Notes under the pieces: generated by a model | Seen by the model: only the letters and a program-made list of their open reading frames with translations | Database searches by the model: none | What the model was told of the DNA's origin: nothing | DNA from: Botryllus schlosseri | Lineage: Eukaryota | Length of the DNA: 64,000 bases | Reading direction: 5' to 3' | Assembly: GCA_051294905.1 (NCBI GenBank) | Contig: CM119378.1 | Span: 11,408,001-11,472,000, forward strand | Shown: positions 35,601 through 50,600 of the stretch, piece by piece | Layout: every line of letters begins with the position of its first letter | How positions within the stretch are numbered: position 1 is the first letter of the stretch | Made by a program: the position numbers and the translations under genes

Positions 35601-38600
35601 TAAGTTTGAAGCATGGAGACCCAAACAGTATTCAATGAATTTAATAACGTAATGTACGTCAATAGCTGTTGAAGTCAATGAGACATCTGGGGTCGATGAA
35701 AGTTGTGAACAGGTTCTTTGAAATCTGGCTGCATGTCAGACGCAAAGGAAACAAAGAACTGAAGAATAACTAACAAACACTATTATTTGTGTCCGGAAAA
35801 AAGAAAGAATAACCTACAGTCACTCTAATTTGACGTAGTAAGCAAGTATAGTGGAGAATTACGGCAGGCAGACTGTGGCCGCGGGCCACATTTTCATGTC
35901 CAACAAGAAACTGTCTGTGGGCCGCACAAAATCACGTCGCGGCCCATGTGTTGCCCGTCCCTGGCCTCAAGGGTCCCCCGACCCCTGGTTAAGAACCCAT
36001 GTACTAGGAGATGGCATTTCGACATGTGGGTTTGACAGATATTCATGACGCATTCACTAATAGACATTTGCTTGATTTATGACTCTTTCATGTGTTTTCT
36101 CCATATTTTCCTGTCAAGTCTGCAGTCTGTTGATTGGTTGCACATACACATTTCAAAGCTAGTTTCTACTACTTGTTGTCTTTGCTGTCATGCTTTGGGC
36201 TTTAAAAAATGGAGTGTTCTTCACTGAAATACATTTGTAGCATTGTGTACTTGGATATTGAACTTAACCAATGATTCAAAATATACACAACTCCCATAAT
36301 AATCGAAAATACCATTACTGTGGTCCAACTTTTCGATTTTGAAAATATCGGACTTATATGAATTTGCGATAACAGTACCAATTATATTGTACGATTTGTA
36401 CCCAACGTCACAAACTATCTATGTAGTTTCCATGTAGTCGCACATATATTTTAATTCACCCATGAATGGTCGGCATCTCACTACGGTTCTAAAGAAGCGC
36501 AACTTAAAGTAAATGCAACTCATGTGTGCATTACCATGACTTCCTGAATCGAGATCCACTAATCTTTGGGAAGTTGATTCTTCTTGAATTCTACAGCTCT
36601 ATAATCTTTATGAATATGAAGATCAAACCAATCAACGATTATTTCAAAAATATAATGCCACTACTCGTGACTGGTTCTTCAGATACATTTCACATCCCTT
36701 TAAAGCAGAGAGTGTGACTTGACCTGAAGAAGAATTTTATTCTCCAAGCTACTCCAAGTTGTTTCGACATCTTCCTATCTTTTCATTGTATCGCAGTCTT
36801 GTGATGTTTTGAAACGATGAAAATATTAATAAACCTGATTGATTGATCGATTCTTCAAAATTTACTCCTACTATTTTCTGTACAGATAAACCTCAATGCG
36901 GTCCCGATCATGCATACTCTGATATTACTCAGGTTGGAACTGAATCAATGGAGAGTTGGGAATGTAAGTCATATAGACCAATCTGAAAATTAAGGCCTAC
37001 CATATATAATGCATTTTCAGTTGTGAGAGATCCTACTTCCTTGAACAAAGGGAAAGATCGACATTCAGGTATACATCACATACTTTTTCAAGTCCCCCAC
37101 TGCTCTTCCAACGATAATGAAAATGCGTATTTTTTCCATGATTTGATGTGCATTAGAATTAAATATGTTATTCCTTGACAATACCTCTATTGTTGACGCT
37201 TAAAATGTTGTTTATCAATTTGATTCTGTTGTCCCGAGTAAACAAGGCTCTTATCTAGTCAGATACTGAGGAGAGTACTCGAACTCGAAAAAGGATAGCG
37301 TGTAGCGCGAAGGAAATTACACGATCAATTAAATCTCTCAAAGATTACTTAATCTCTCAAAAATTCGGAAGTTTTTCGGAGTTGTTTTATGTTACTATTC
37401 CATTGAGTTTTGTGGCCAACAAATAGTACTATATTTTTTGAATTAGGTGATCCGTTGGTCAACCCTTCTATAAAGAAAGTCAAATCTCCATGCGAGAGTA
37501 TTGACTCGGACACAAATTTGTATGAGGGCGAAGAAAGCTGCAACCGAACAGGAAAGCCTGATTCTGCTAAGTCATTTGCTGTGCGGAAGGACGAGAAGGA
37601 GGAAGATATTGGACGTAATCGAAAAGAAAGCGGTGAGCAATGTGATTCTATATACGAAATTGTGTGTAATATCACTATAAACTGATAATGAACGTACGGA
37701 CATCGGATATGGCATTCTGATGGCTAATTTACTTTTGATAGTTGCTCAAAAATTATGCGTTTATACAAAGCACAATATGGCAATTATACCATGCATAATA
37801 TAAATCAATGTGACAAGATTTTGAACTACTAGAGCCGTCGTTGATCAAATTAGTTTGAAGAGTACTCGGAACCAACGTAAACAATGACGGATTAATAGTT
37901 ATCGTTTGGGACAATGCATCTCGGATAACTTTATTGCAATATTGGTAATAACTTTCTCAATTTCAAGGTTGATGTAGAATGGCTGAGGCTCCTATAAATG
38001 TTTAATTTCAATTGATAATTTTATTTGAGCCATGGTTTTGAATGAGCAACATGTTGTGACCTTTCGAAAAAACCCTCTTGATATACACACGGTTTTCTAG
38101 GCTTTTATTGACTAAAAGTGTAAACTAAGCTACAAAGAATAGAAACGTTACAATACAAGTAAATCAAGAAACACATGCTACTCTCGAAATACCCTATACC
38201 AGAATGATCAATTAACTGAAGGACAAACAGACAAATTATTACGAAAGGAAATGACGCAACATTAGACACCTAGTGGATACATAAAACACCACAAAACATA
38301 CTTATAAAATAGAATCACTTCGTTATTGACCGCTTCGGTATACAGCTGATGACCGAATATAGGGAATGATGGGTAGGAATATGAGCCACAAACCAAATAC
38401 CGTATTTTTCCATCTATAATGCGCAAAATTTTCCCGATTTTTTGTCCTAAAATCGACAGAGCGTCTTATGCATGGGTACAACAAGCCTTGAAAAAAAATC
38501 TCTCTCGAAATATAGCTTGAAATCACACCTTCCTTGATGTTTGTTTTAATCATGGATCACATTCAGCCATCATGCCCCTTAATTCGTATTATCAGTGTTA

Positions 38601-41600
38601 TGCGCTGCCAATTGGCGTCTGAGCTGCACAACAGCAAGCGATCTCCTGCTGAGTTGGTTTGCCGTTCGTACACGAACGAAATTAGGTCATTGATATCTGC
38701 ACGCGCGCGTGGCAACCGCGTCAACGACAGGTCTGAATATTCGCATATACAACACGCACAACATGTAATCGCTGGCCTAAACACTACAGTCACATCTCCA
38801 ACAGGCCTGGTGCGCACAACATAATCGTTGGCCTGAGCAATCGCATCTGTAATAGGCCTCTTGCGCAAGATGTTGCTGACCTGAACTGTCGCGACGCGGG
38901 CCTCGCAGGCTTTGGTGGCTTTTTACTATCGTTTAGAAACAATTCCGTTAAGTGTATAATGATTAGCGATTGTTATGTCATGATTGTTCAACAGTGACAT
39001 CGCAAAACAGAATGTTATCGAATACTAAAACTTAACTATTCATGTACTGCGAATGCAGGATGCGTACTATACATGGGCACAAGCTTTTTCCCAGAATTTA
39101 CATGCCATTTTAAGGGTGCGTATTATACACGGGGGCGTACTATATTCGGAAAATTACGGTATGCACTATCAGCAATTGAGTTTTAATACTGACTTATTTA
39201 CTATTGTGAATGCTGAACAATCGTTTCATTATCAGATCCTCAGCATCGTTCGATACCTGTAACAGTGGGCAATGAATTCAATCATACAGAAGTAAAGACG
39301 GCTTACTCATACCAACCTGATGTAATCAAAAGAGATACCCCAGGTTTTACAGTTAACTGAGTTTAAAATTAATAACTGGATATAACCAGAATTACATTCT
39401 TTTGTTTGCATCAGTGATTGACCATCCCACCTGCCGTGATGCACTCGTGAAGAAACCCGTAAACCGTACTATTTCTGCAGGGAGCAAACAACTAGAAGGT
39501 TAGGTTTGTCTTGCTGTCCGCTTATTTGTAGTTTAAAAAATAATAATGATGTTTCATCATAGATGAGGTGTCTGCTGAGATAACACAAGTCAATACTGAT
39601 CCTACTTCATTCTGTGAAAACGATTGTGAGCCTTTCTTCTTTCTAATTCAAATTTAAATTTCTTTTAGCCTATTGAAGTACATTTTAAATAGTTTGCGGA
39701 TTCAATTTTCATCACCAATCTAGTATTCAAAATGGCCACTGATAAATTATTTAATCTTCATCTGATGTCACGAAAACAAAATGCTTCTGAAATTTTAAAT
39801 TTGAACCACCAATTACAATACTACTGATTTTCAATCCTGATTTTAGAGTTGATGAAAAGTATAATCCATTAATAATGAGGTATTGTTTGACATCACTGAA
39901 AAGTGGAACTTCATCTCAAGTCTCATAGTAGATCTCAGTACATGATTCAAATGATGGAAATGCTATGGTTTCACAGACAATACTACTGATGACGCTGACA
40001 AGAACATGCGACAGGACAATGCAGCTACATCTCAAGTGGTAAAGACAGAGTTAACTGGTACACCTAACTATTTATTGATGTTACTTGACGATATTGCAAC
40101 AATACCGTAATGCAAACACATAACAGGTAAATCAAAGTTGATTGATGTAAAAGAGACCACCAAACCGCTATCCGAATCACATACCTCATCTAAAGGTTGG
40201 TCGAACTTGTTGGAATTGATTCTACTTTGCATCAAATATAGTGAAATACAAAATAACAACTGGTACTTTGCAACTCTGCCAATTAAAGCCTGTGGAGGTT
40301 TGAAAACTGCTTTCACTACTTAAGGGGGTTTGGAACGGATGTGGATTAACTATTATTTTGAAGCAGGATTGGGATATGGTTTTTGACATCAAATTTCTGA
40401 TAATTTCCAATTTCATATGACTTTTGATTGAATTTTCGCCTTTACTAAATTTGGACATGACACAAAATGAATTCTGTGTTTGAACTTGGGTTTGAAAATA
40501 TTTCATCCACTCATGTCCAGTATCTCTGATGTAGCTACAATTACAGATTCTGAGACCTGTTTGTCTGAATTCTGGAATTAGGTTAAATATACGGCTAATC
40601 TGTTATTCAAGTTTGTTATGATATAATATTCACCAGGTGCTCCAGTTGACGAGTGTGGATATGAAGGGGAAAAAGATGCGCACCAACGAGGTTGTATCGG
40701 TCATTCCAGAAGTATAAGATAATTCCGATGACATAAACACTATAGAATAAACACTACTCACCATTACAAAATAAAACTCATGTTTGCTGATAAATTTCAG
40801 ATGAATCTGATAAAGACAAATCGAACTCCGAAACCATTGGTGCTACATCACTTGAGGTGAAAGATTGTGGAACAGGTTGGTCCCTAGCTTTTTGCTGTTC
40901 TGAATTCCAATGAAACTGTATCATATCGTGCTTCATGACGAAGCATAAGAAAACTCTGTGAACTTTCAACATAATACGTATGAAACACCCTGAAATTATA
41001 GATGATTTCTGTATTTCTATCAATCCAATGTTCAGAAAGGGATACGTGTTACACATTGGAGGTTTTGATGTTATCAATTGTTCCAAATTTCTTTTTTTTT
41101 CTAGAACACTGAAATAATGGAATTTGGGTCTGCTGTCCAGGAACGGCCTAAAATCTATTTGCTTGTCACTTCTATATGGATGCTGTTGTTTTATAAGTCT
41201 AATATGTGAGAAAAAATATTATATTATCCATTCTATGTCCCGATCCCATTTATTCTATTTGCAATATAGAAAAGAAACATCTTGTTCCTACAGTATAACT
41301 AACATTTTTTGATTTGTCTTAGAAAAAGATCCACCGCTTGGTCATGCCGATCGCACTCTCTCCGGTAATTTTTTAAAAAAAATTTCTGCCTGTGCAAATC
41401 TTCATTATGACCAATGTTTGCGAACAGGCTCCAGCTCTGGCTCGAATGAAGATGGACCATTTGTGAAATTCGGAGAATCAACTGATCTCTTAGTGAAGTA
41501 TAGGCACAACTTGGAAGTAGTAGTCAGACTGGTCTGGCCTGCTGAACCACAGTAAGTATCTTGATATACCTTTTTGTAACACTATCCATTTGATCAGAGT

Positions 41601-44600
41601 AGTGTGAGCATTCTCAATACAGTTTTTGGTATGGATTCATCAGTGGTTCTGACGGTTAAATCTTGTTCAATGTAGCTAACTGTCGACTCCGCTTAATTAC
41701 CGTAGGACACTGGTCAACCACATTATTTGGCCAAAATGGTAGTTTGCAAGATAATGTAGCTGCATTTCTGGTAACATAAATATCTACAGAATTAAGAGTT
41801 CATAAGTCAATAATAGTGGTATCTCTATAGTCATTCTGGGACAATATTTCATGACTAGGATTATTGGTACCTTCAAAGGTCATTCAAATGCGATTATGAT
41901 GTCTAGACTACTCCAGGATTGGCCTGACAAATTGCTGGAGTATATGTTTGCCAAGGAAGAAGATGATATTTCAATACTCCCCTTTGCTTCCATTTGTTTG
42001 AAAATCATGAAGCAGGCTGAGGTAGTAAATTCCATTATTAATGAGTATCTTGTTAGTCACTTTTTCTTTGAAATGAAGCCAATTCGAAGTGCATATGAAA
42101 GAAAAGGGAGTGCCAACGCGTACACCTGGCTTATGAAAAATCGCGGATTGGTGAAAAATCGCATTGAATTTTTTGCTGACTTGTGTCGATTGAAATGGCC
42201 AGAGGACAAGTAAGTCTCTATCACAATTACATGTGTCAATGCTGCAAATATGACTCCCAATCCGGCGCGTAGCCAGGGGTGGATTTTTGCCTTTTCAAAC
42301 GGAACCCTGTCTTTTTGAATCGGACATTTCAACTTCAATATTCAATCACAATTCAATATCAGTGTTGCAATTGAATAGTATATTGGTATTGAAATGAACC
42401 CGAATATTCAATTGTATATTGAAGTTCTGTACCTCCAAGAAGCTCTTTAAATATCAGTGTTGCATGCGGCCAATTAGCGAAATGCGTGTTTCCAATTAGT
42501 GAGATTTAAGGAGATGTCCCACTGATATTGTTTTACATTTTGTACACGAAATTAGGTCATTGATCGTCGCTAGCTTGATTCATCGCCTTTGCACCAAGCC
42601 TAGTTCCGCTGGCCTGAACAATCTTATCTGCAATAGGCCTGATGCACACAATACCATTGCTGGCTCACGCAATCACATCTTCAATAGGCCTGGTGCACAA
42701 TATCATCGCTGGCCTACACAATCGCATCTGCAATAGACCTGGTGTGAAAGATTATCGCTGGCCTAACTATTTGGGTCTAGTGGGCCTCGCAGGCTCTGGC
42801 TCCTATCTCTGGACAGTTACTTGTATGCTGATTACCGATTGTTATGTTATGTCATACTCGCTAGTGAGTTGCATTGCGAAACTGAATGTCCTCGAACAGA
42901 CTTCAAAGTTCATAATTGATTTCCGATTCCTCTAATACTAAAATATAACGATCGGTGATGTGTGTCAAGGCTTGAGTTATAAACGATGAAAATGGTCTGA
43001 ACCACCTGAAATTTGTGACATTATAGAACAGATTCCGTAACAGACCCGGACTTGCGAAAATCGTCGCCGAGGTTGTGTAATACGTATTGTTAAGTGTTCA
43101 TGTCACAAATTCACAGCACTTCTGGACTGGTTGGCAATCTTATCATACACGTAATTACGTCAACACGAGGAGCTTGTATATTCCTAATTTATGCATGTAA
43201 TTAACCCTAATGAATTGATACTATATCAGTAAATATCCAAACCCCCCTTTCATTTCAAACCCCCTTTATTTTAACCTCGCATTAATATGTCCTAATCATA
43301 TATGATTCCATTATTTTGGATTTATAGCCGTACTTGTGACTTCAAGATTTTATAGCAATTTTTGAATCAAGCTTATTTGCAGTTCACATGTGGCACTGGG
43401 TACATTCCTGAACAATGGTTAGTTTTGAAAATCTAGGTTCACTTTTCAAAATCCATATCTTCTATGGAATAACTCGGTAGACGTTGTTGGCTTAATAAAA
43501 AAAGTTTCGCGCAATATAGCAAGAAAAGCTGATATCTGAATCATAATCACTTCTATAAAGTGTGTGAAGATAATGCAAATTGAACAGAACAGTAAACAAA
43601 GGTTTTTTAAATGATATGAAGGTAAATTAAACCTTCTTCAGATTTGGTATGACTTTTGTTATCAAGTTTGTATCTGACTGGATTGTATCACTATGTTAAG
43701 TTTACATACGATATGTTTCATTCAAGCTGGAGTCTAGAGGGCGATATTTATTCAAAAATATTGAAGAAATCAAAGGCGGAGTCTGCAAAATTCAATGCCA
43801 TAATAGATGTATTCATGTCAGTGGAGGAAGCAGCGCAAAAGCATAGAAAAACAGTTGAAGACAGTGAGTTGTATTTTTACTGAATTTTCATTCATGATAT
43901 TAAGGCTCTTACAGTTTTTCATTTCGCATTTTTCTCGTGCCACGTGTCTTGACTGAATTTCAAGTAGCATCGCATCATGTTACTGCATTGCCATATGCGT
44001 GTTATAAATATAATTCTCCAGCTGTTTTCATTTTATGTTCTATGAATTTTTGTGGATTTGACTGAAGCTATGAGAGCCTGCTATAAATATTGATTCTTTG
44101 ATTCTCTGTAGCGCCCGCTCAGAAAGACGATAAGCCAAAAAAGACGACTAAGATTGAAAAAATAAAGGGTGAGTATCTTATCAAGCACATGTGGTTTAGG
44201 ACTGACTACTGTTTTGAAAAAATCGAACATTGCTATATTTGCAATGATAAATTCATCACTAAATACTTGACATAGATCTGCCATCACATACCAAAAATAC
44301 AATCATCATGACAGACCTACGGTACGCTAAGAGCAACTTACGACATTTGCACTCTCTCATAATTCTATCTCAGTAGTGTATACCGGCCATACTAGGTCTG
44401 CTAAGGTGATCCTTCGCATATCGCTTCACGAGCGGTGAATACTTGTAATGCAGAATTTATGGAAAAGACTTGGTGTTGGATTTGAATGGTCATGGAATTA
44501 GTTGAATACTTTTTCATTAAATTTGTGACAAACATTTTTTAAGTTTTTTTTTCCAGTTCCATATTTCTACTTGGAATCTGTTACCTGGTTGAACTTCTAT

Positions 44601-47600
44601 CAAAAGGGTGCTATTGCATAAACTTGAACTATAATGAGAAATGCCTTATCACATCCCAATATTATATTCGGTAGGTTTGCGATGTTAGTGCTGATTGTTG
44701 GTTATAGCTATTAAATTTTCAATCTTTTCTATGCTGGATAGTTTGTGTGGCTGCTAATGACACATAAATACCCGAATATGAACCAATGAGGAAATGGTGT
44801 GTAGCTTTGTAAAACCATATTGTAATTCTTTGAAGGAGCAGTGCGCCCTCAATATGATGTGGGCTCAAATTCAAGATGAAATTGGGAAAAATTTTTGGCC
44901 GCAGCCATTTTCTATGGAAAGCCACCATATTGGAACTGCAGCTAAATGATTTTCCGGAACACCCCCTTCCCGCTGCAAAAATGAATCTCTATGTTGCCGC
45001 GGCTGCTCGTCTTTGCTGCTAAACCCATTGCGAAATTGCTGGCACGGTTTATTCACTTCTACACTTGCTCATGCCAGTTTTCAGACACGATCTTCATCTT
45101 GTCTTCTTATTTCTTCAAGTAATACATGGAAAGCTTAACATATGATGCGCCACTTCCTTTGCTTCCACATGATACAACAGCACGGACTCTCAATGTCACT
45201 TGCAACATGTTTATAATCACCATACTGGTCCAGCTTCGGTTGTACGGTACCAGTACTGTGCTCTGCCCTCTGATCTAATGAGGCATTAATGTAGTTGCAT
45301 ATTGACGAATTTACAATCCACAATAATGGTTTAGTTATGGTAGTGCCTGTTCTGCCTCATTATTAATGATGTAAAATTATAGTATCATGTAGTGTATTTG
45401 TATACCATACGGTACTACGACAATATCCATTGGCCTGGAATGTATTCAGTAGCTGCGACTTCATTGGGTCTCTTTGTATTATTTATGGTTAATTTGTATT
45501 ATTCATGGTTAATTTGAATATGTCCTTGAGAATTATTAATCGTGACTAGTGTTGTCAGATCAGATGGCATTTGCGCAGTACTGGTGAAGCGTACAATCGA
45601 ACTTCGACCAGTATGGTGATTATTCATATCTATATATTGCAAGTTGCAATGAGAGGCTTTCCGAAGAAAATGTATCCGGCCAAAAATATAATCTCAATTT
45701 TATCTTTGTTTTGAGAACACATCATTTTTAGAGAGAGAGGTCATAGCAGTCTTTGGATATTTTAGATACAGATATATATTTCAGAATCTGTCAAATCGAC
45801 TGCTAAAGATATCAAGGGAAGGATTACAGAAGGTAGATCAATGTTTCATATCACTTTGTTTAGCAGCATTTCTGAAAGAATAAACGAAATATTCTGTTTT
45901 TGAATTAGGTTCAAAGACACAAAAACCTACAAAAATTGAAAAAATGCCGGGTAAGCTTTCATTTTTTGCTCAGACTACTTGTAATTGTGTGGTTTCAAAA
46001 CGCATGCCAAATCCTTAATTCTCCCACACCTGGTAGTTCATGTGTTCCTCTTCAGTATCAGTTTATTCTGTACTTTCAGAATCAAGTCAAGTGTTTGTGC
46101 TGTTCATTTGAGGTCACATGTTAAGGTACAAATTAATCAGCACAGTGCCAAACGAAACTCCATTCTAGAGTTGACGATAAAAAGCATCCTGTGGTCATTG
46201 TTGATTGTTGAACCATTGAGACGTTACACCCAACCTTATTGTCTTCATTCCCCACTTCAGATTTATTCCGAGTCTTCATTCCCACTACCCAAAACTCTTA
46301 TATAAAATATATAAAATATGGTTACCATATTTTGAGATCCTACAAGAGGATACTCTTTATAAATATTGAAAGCTCAAAGAAAAGTGGTGATTCAAAAAAG
46401 TTTACTGAAAAAGGGTCATCACTTTGACTCGGCTCCCGATTTCTTATAAAACTCTGACGTTCGCAGCGCTGGGGTCGTATTTTTCGTGGTATTCAGAGAA
46501 AAAGAGGACATTTAGGCGTCCTCCAAGGGCACTCTCAATTTATAATTTTCGATACATACATTCCAGAGCAGTTAACTGGCAACGGTAATCGCGCATGTGT
46601 CTCTGTTAACATGTAGACCAGTGGTTCTTAACCTTGCCTCTAGCGCCCCCCAGGGGCGCTGGCAATTTTGAAGGGGGCGGAAACGCTCAGGGCGCGATAT
46701 GGGGGCGCTGGAGAAAAATGGCTTCGCAGTAGATGATGGGGTGGCAGGACATATCCTTAATGAGTATTCAGAGAAATTAACACCAAAAACTTCGTTATAT
46801 ATAGCCTACAAAACACATATAGGTTTAATTGTCCATGGGCTCCTAAATGACTGGCACCGAATGTTCCTGTCTTGGCAATCTGAACCCCAGAAGATGAATT
46901 CCATCTGGCAGGAAAAATTATATGCCAGTGAAGAAATACCAATTTGAAATCGTGTGTGTCTTTCAGTTTAGTACGATTGGGCGACAGGTATATCTAAAAC
47001 TAGATATTCCTGTTGGGCGATTCTATGTTTTTGATGTAGCGGACTGGAGGTCACGAAATAACATCATGCAGCGAAGTCATACCAACGGGTTCGCCCGCCC
47101 GAATATGTTTAATTATTAGTTACGGGCCCTTCAGTTTCCAAGACACCTCACATAGTTCGCTCCACGTTTTGATTAGTCTGCGCACACTCAATAAACTCAC
47201 TGCGCAGACCCTTGGACAACAGTACATAACGACTATAAAAGGTCATAACTTCGGATTTGTTGTGCGCAACGTAGATTTTCTGTGCGCAGAGACCGTGTCA
47301 GCACTGCACACGTGAGCAGCTTAGACGGAACATTGCACCTTACTCAGCTCTACCGGTAAATCTGGTAACGTGAGCAGAGAGGACAAGAAATTGATAGCAA
47401 TATATATGCAATTCCCGATCTTAGCCTACTGACCGATTTTATCATGAATTATCGAAAGTTTTCGCGCTTCGCCCTGGCTCGCTGAACAGTACAGCTGATT
47501 TCGTGGCAAAACGAACAACGTGATGGGGGGCGGTCGGTTTATCACCCTATGGGAGCCCAAGACCTAAGTTTTTTCGGGGGGCCTGACGAAGTGCCGTTTC

Positions 47601-50600
47601 GTTCCTGCAAATGGATATACACCCGAAGATGTATAATTCATATTGAGGGGTCCTGCCTTTTCAATCACACATCACTCAGCTCTACCGGTAAATCTGTTTA
47701 CGTGAGCAGAGAGAGGATAAAAATTGATATCAATATACATGCAATTCCCGATCATATTGACCAATGAAATCATTAATTATTGAAATTTTTGGCGCTTCGC
47801 GCGTCTAGGCGAGATTAGCTGGGTCAGTAAATGGACACCCAATGTAGATGACTAGTATCAGCAAATAGCAGATAGCCGAAGGGGGTCTGTGGACGAAGCC
47901 CCCCGGAAGTTTGGTTTATCAACCGATGGGTGCCTAAGACCAACGTTTTTGGGGGTTGACGAAGTGCTGTTACGGCCCTGGTAACGAATTAATTGTTCCT
48001 ACGAGCACGCCCGAATATGTTCAATTATTAATTACGTGCCCTTTATTTTCCCATACAACAGCTCGCTCAGCGCTACTGGGAAATCTGATGACGTGGGCTG
48101 AGAGGATAAAAAGTTTATAGCGACTTACATATGTAATTACCACCTATTCATTCATGCATTATGGGGAATTTTGGTACCTAGGGCGACCAGGCCACACAAA
48201 CTTTGCTGACCATCGAAATCACGCTACAGGGTTCTTGGGGGCGAAGCCCTCAGAAGTTTGGTTTATCATGCTATGGGTGCGCAAGGCAATCGTTTGTAGG
48301 GGGGTTGACGAAGTGCTGTTACGGCCCTCCCTCTTACTCATTGTCTTTATTACATTCCCTACAATATGCGGTTGGGGGGCGCTGGAGCACGATAATTTTT
48401 GAAAGGGGGTGCTGGAGGAAAAAAGGTTAAGAACCACTGATGTAGACTATCCTGAATATAATCTTTAACAAATGTATCTATTCCCCACCGGAAACCATTA
48501 ATTCCCCACTGGTTGGGAGCCACTGCATTATGTCAAAGCCAAATATTATTTGGGATAAGCAATGCCATGCCAATATAGAGTAAATATTATACTATATATC
48601 TTATATCAGGACTATTGTATTTGTGGTGACTGGTATTTCAAAATATGTTTTTCATACTCCAATAATTACAGGGGTAAAATTCCTTGGTGTATGCACATAA
48701 TTCACCTTATTGTTTTAATATAATTTTTGGAATTTTCTTCATCAATTAGATTGATTGTTATCTCGCACTATTCACACCTATCTGTATTTGAAATCTCTGA
48801 TTACAGTTTGTGGTCCATTATCCCGTTGAATGTGAAATTGTAAAATTTAGAATGCATAGATACATACAAAAATTGTAAACTTTATCAAATGACACAGAAT
48901 TAAGTCAATGAAATCTTGAAACATCGATAATAATCGCTTCTCATTTCTCTGAAGCTATTTCACAACTCCATCCTGTCCCAACATTGATTCATAGTACCGG
49001 TAATTAGAAGATTCTACATTGATCAAAACGTATTTAAAGAATGATTTATGGAATGAGTGGTAAAGACTTGTCGCATCAATATTTCTAGATAAACCAACGC
49101 CACCAGCTAAAGAATACTTAAAAAAGACTGGTCACTCAGCTCGATCTGGATCAGGTATGTTAATTATTTGCCCCTGCACTTCAAAAGTATAACTCATCCG
49201 AAAGCCTTTCACTCTGTCACTTCGATCTGCCCAGGTTAGGTACGGGTGACTGGCATTATTCATTCAATCTGAAAGTAATTAAGTTGCTCTATTTTGGACA
49301 GGTATTGAATTCTTGAGATATAATACACAAAGTTTACAGCTAAAACAATGTGTAATGCAGAATAAAACAGGTTACTGATACCAGAGTACCATTGCCGTCT
49401 TGAGGACAGTGATTGAAGATTCGGGATAGCAATTACCAATCAATGCAAATTTACTGATACACATAAACTAAGTTTTAACTAACACATCTTTTCAATCCAT
49501 GCAAATATGAAAACAATGAAAGAAGAATCTTGAATTATATGTACAATCAACGATGATCTTTCCTATCTCATCTCGCCAACTTGTGTAAGTGTATATCCAA
49601 TTAGCAATTATGCAACAATGGAGATACAAAAATTAGAACAGACCATGTTTAAAGTAATTCATTATATGTGAAAAAATCTCTTGGTATGTTTCAAATGTCA
49701 CTGAGGAGCAATCAGTGTTGAATACTGGAAACATAATCGACACATGAATCTAGGTTTTCAAAATAGTTAAGATCTTGCTTTAAAATCTACGAAGCAATAA
49801 GAAAAAGACCTCGGTTTCAAGTTATTGGCCACAGTTTTACTGAAGTCAAGTTTGCTTTAAAAAGAGCTCAGTCTGATGAAGCTCTACTCAAAGCACAGAT
49901 ATTTTCACCAATAAAGACTACCCTTGTCGGATGCTCCATGAATAATCAAATTACATATCAAAACTACTAAGACGATACGAGTCGCAGGTTACATGAGCTA
50001 GTTGCCGAGGATATTACTCGCAGGGTAATTTCAAGTCAAGTCATTCGAAAAAGGTGATCTGAGTCTTGATTCGAGACAAGTCATGACTAGAGTCATCCTG
50101 ATGCTGATTTGTATTGAAAGAACGTTATATTATATGCAAGTTTCTTGTGATCCAATGTATTTTAAAAGAGTGCATTTATTTAAAAACTTTACAGTAACAC
50201 CACTCAGGAAATCAACACCTCATGCCGGAAAAGATGAACAGGGAACTCAAGCATGTATGTGTTAACTGAAATAATTGAAAAATGCTATCTGAGCTATATC
50301 TATCCATTTGTTTTATTTTTCATAACTATTTCAATTTTGCGAAACAATAGCTTCATATTGTTAATTTATTCGTTAAAAGCTTTTCGACTGACTCTCATCA
50401 GTAGCGAACGTCGGTAATAGGGTGAATCAAATTCGAAATGTAGGAGCAATTTTGTCTGTATGGCGTAATCGTAACAAAAACAAACAACTAGTAGACATAC
50501 AAGAGATGGCAGTAACGATACATAACAAACGTTAACGAACACATATTTGGTTATAAATAACCTAGAACAACAGAGCATTATTAAAATATTCCAAGAGCGT

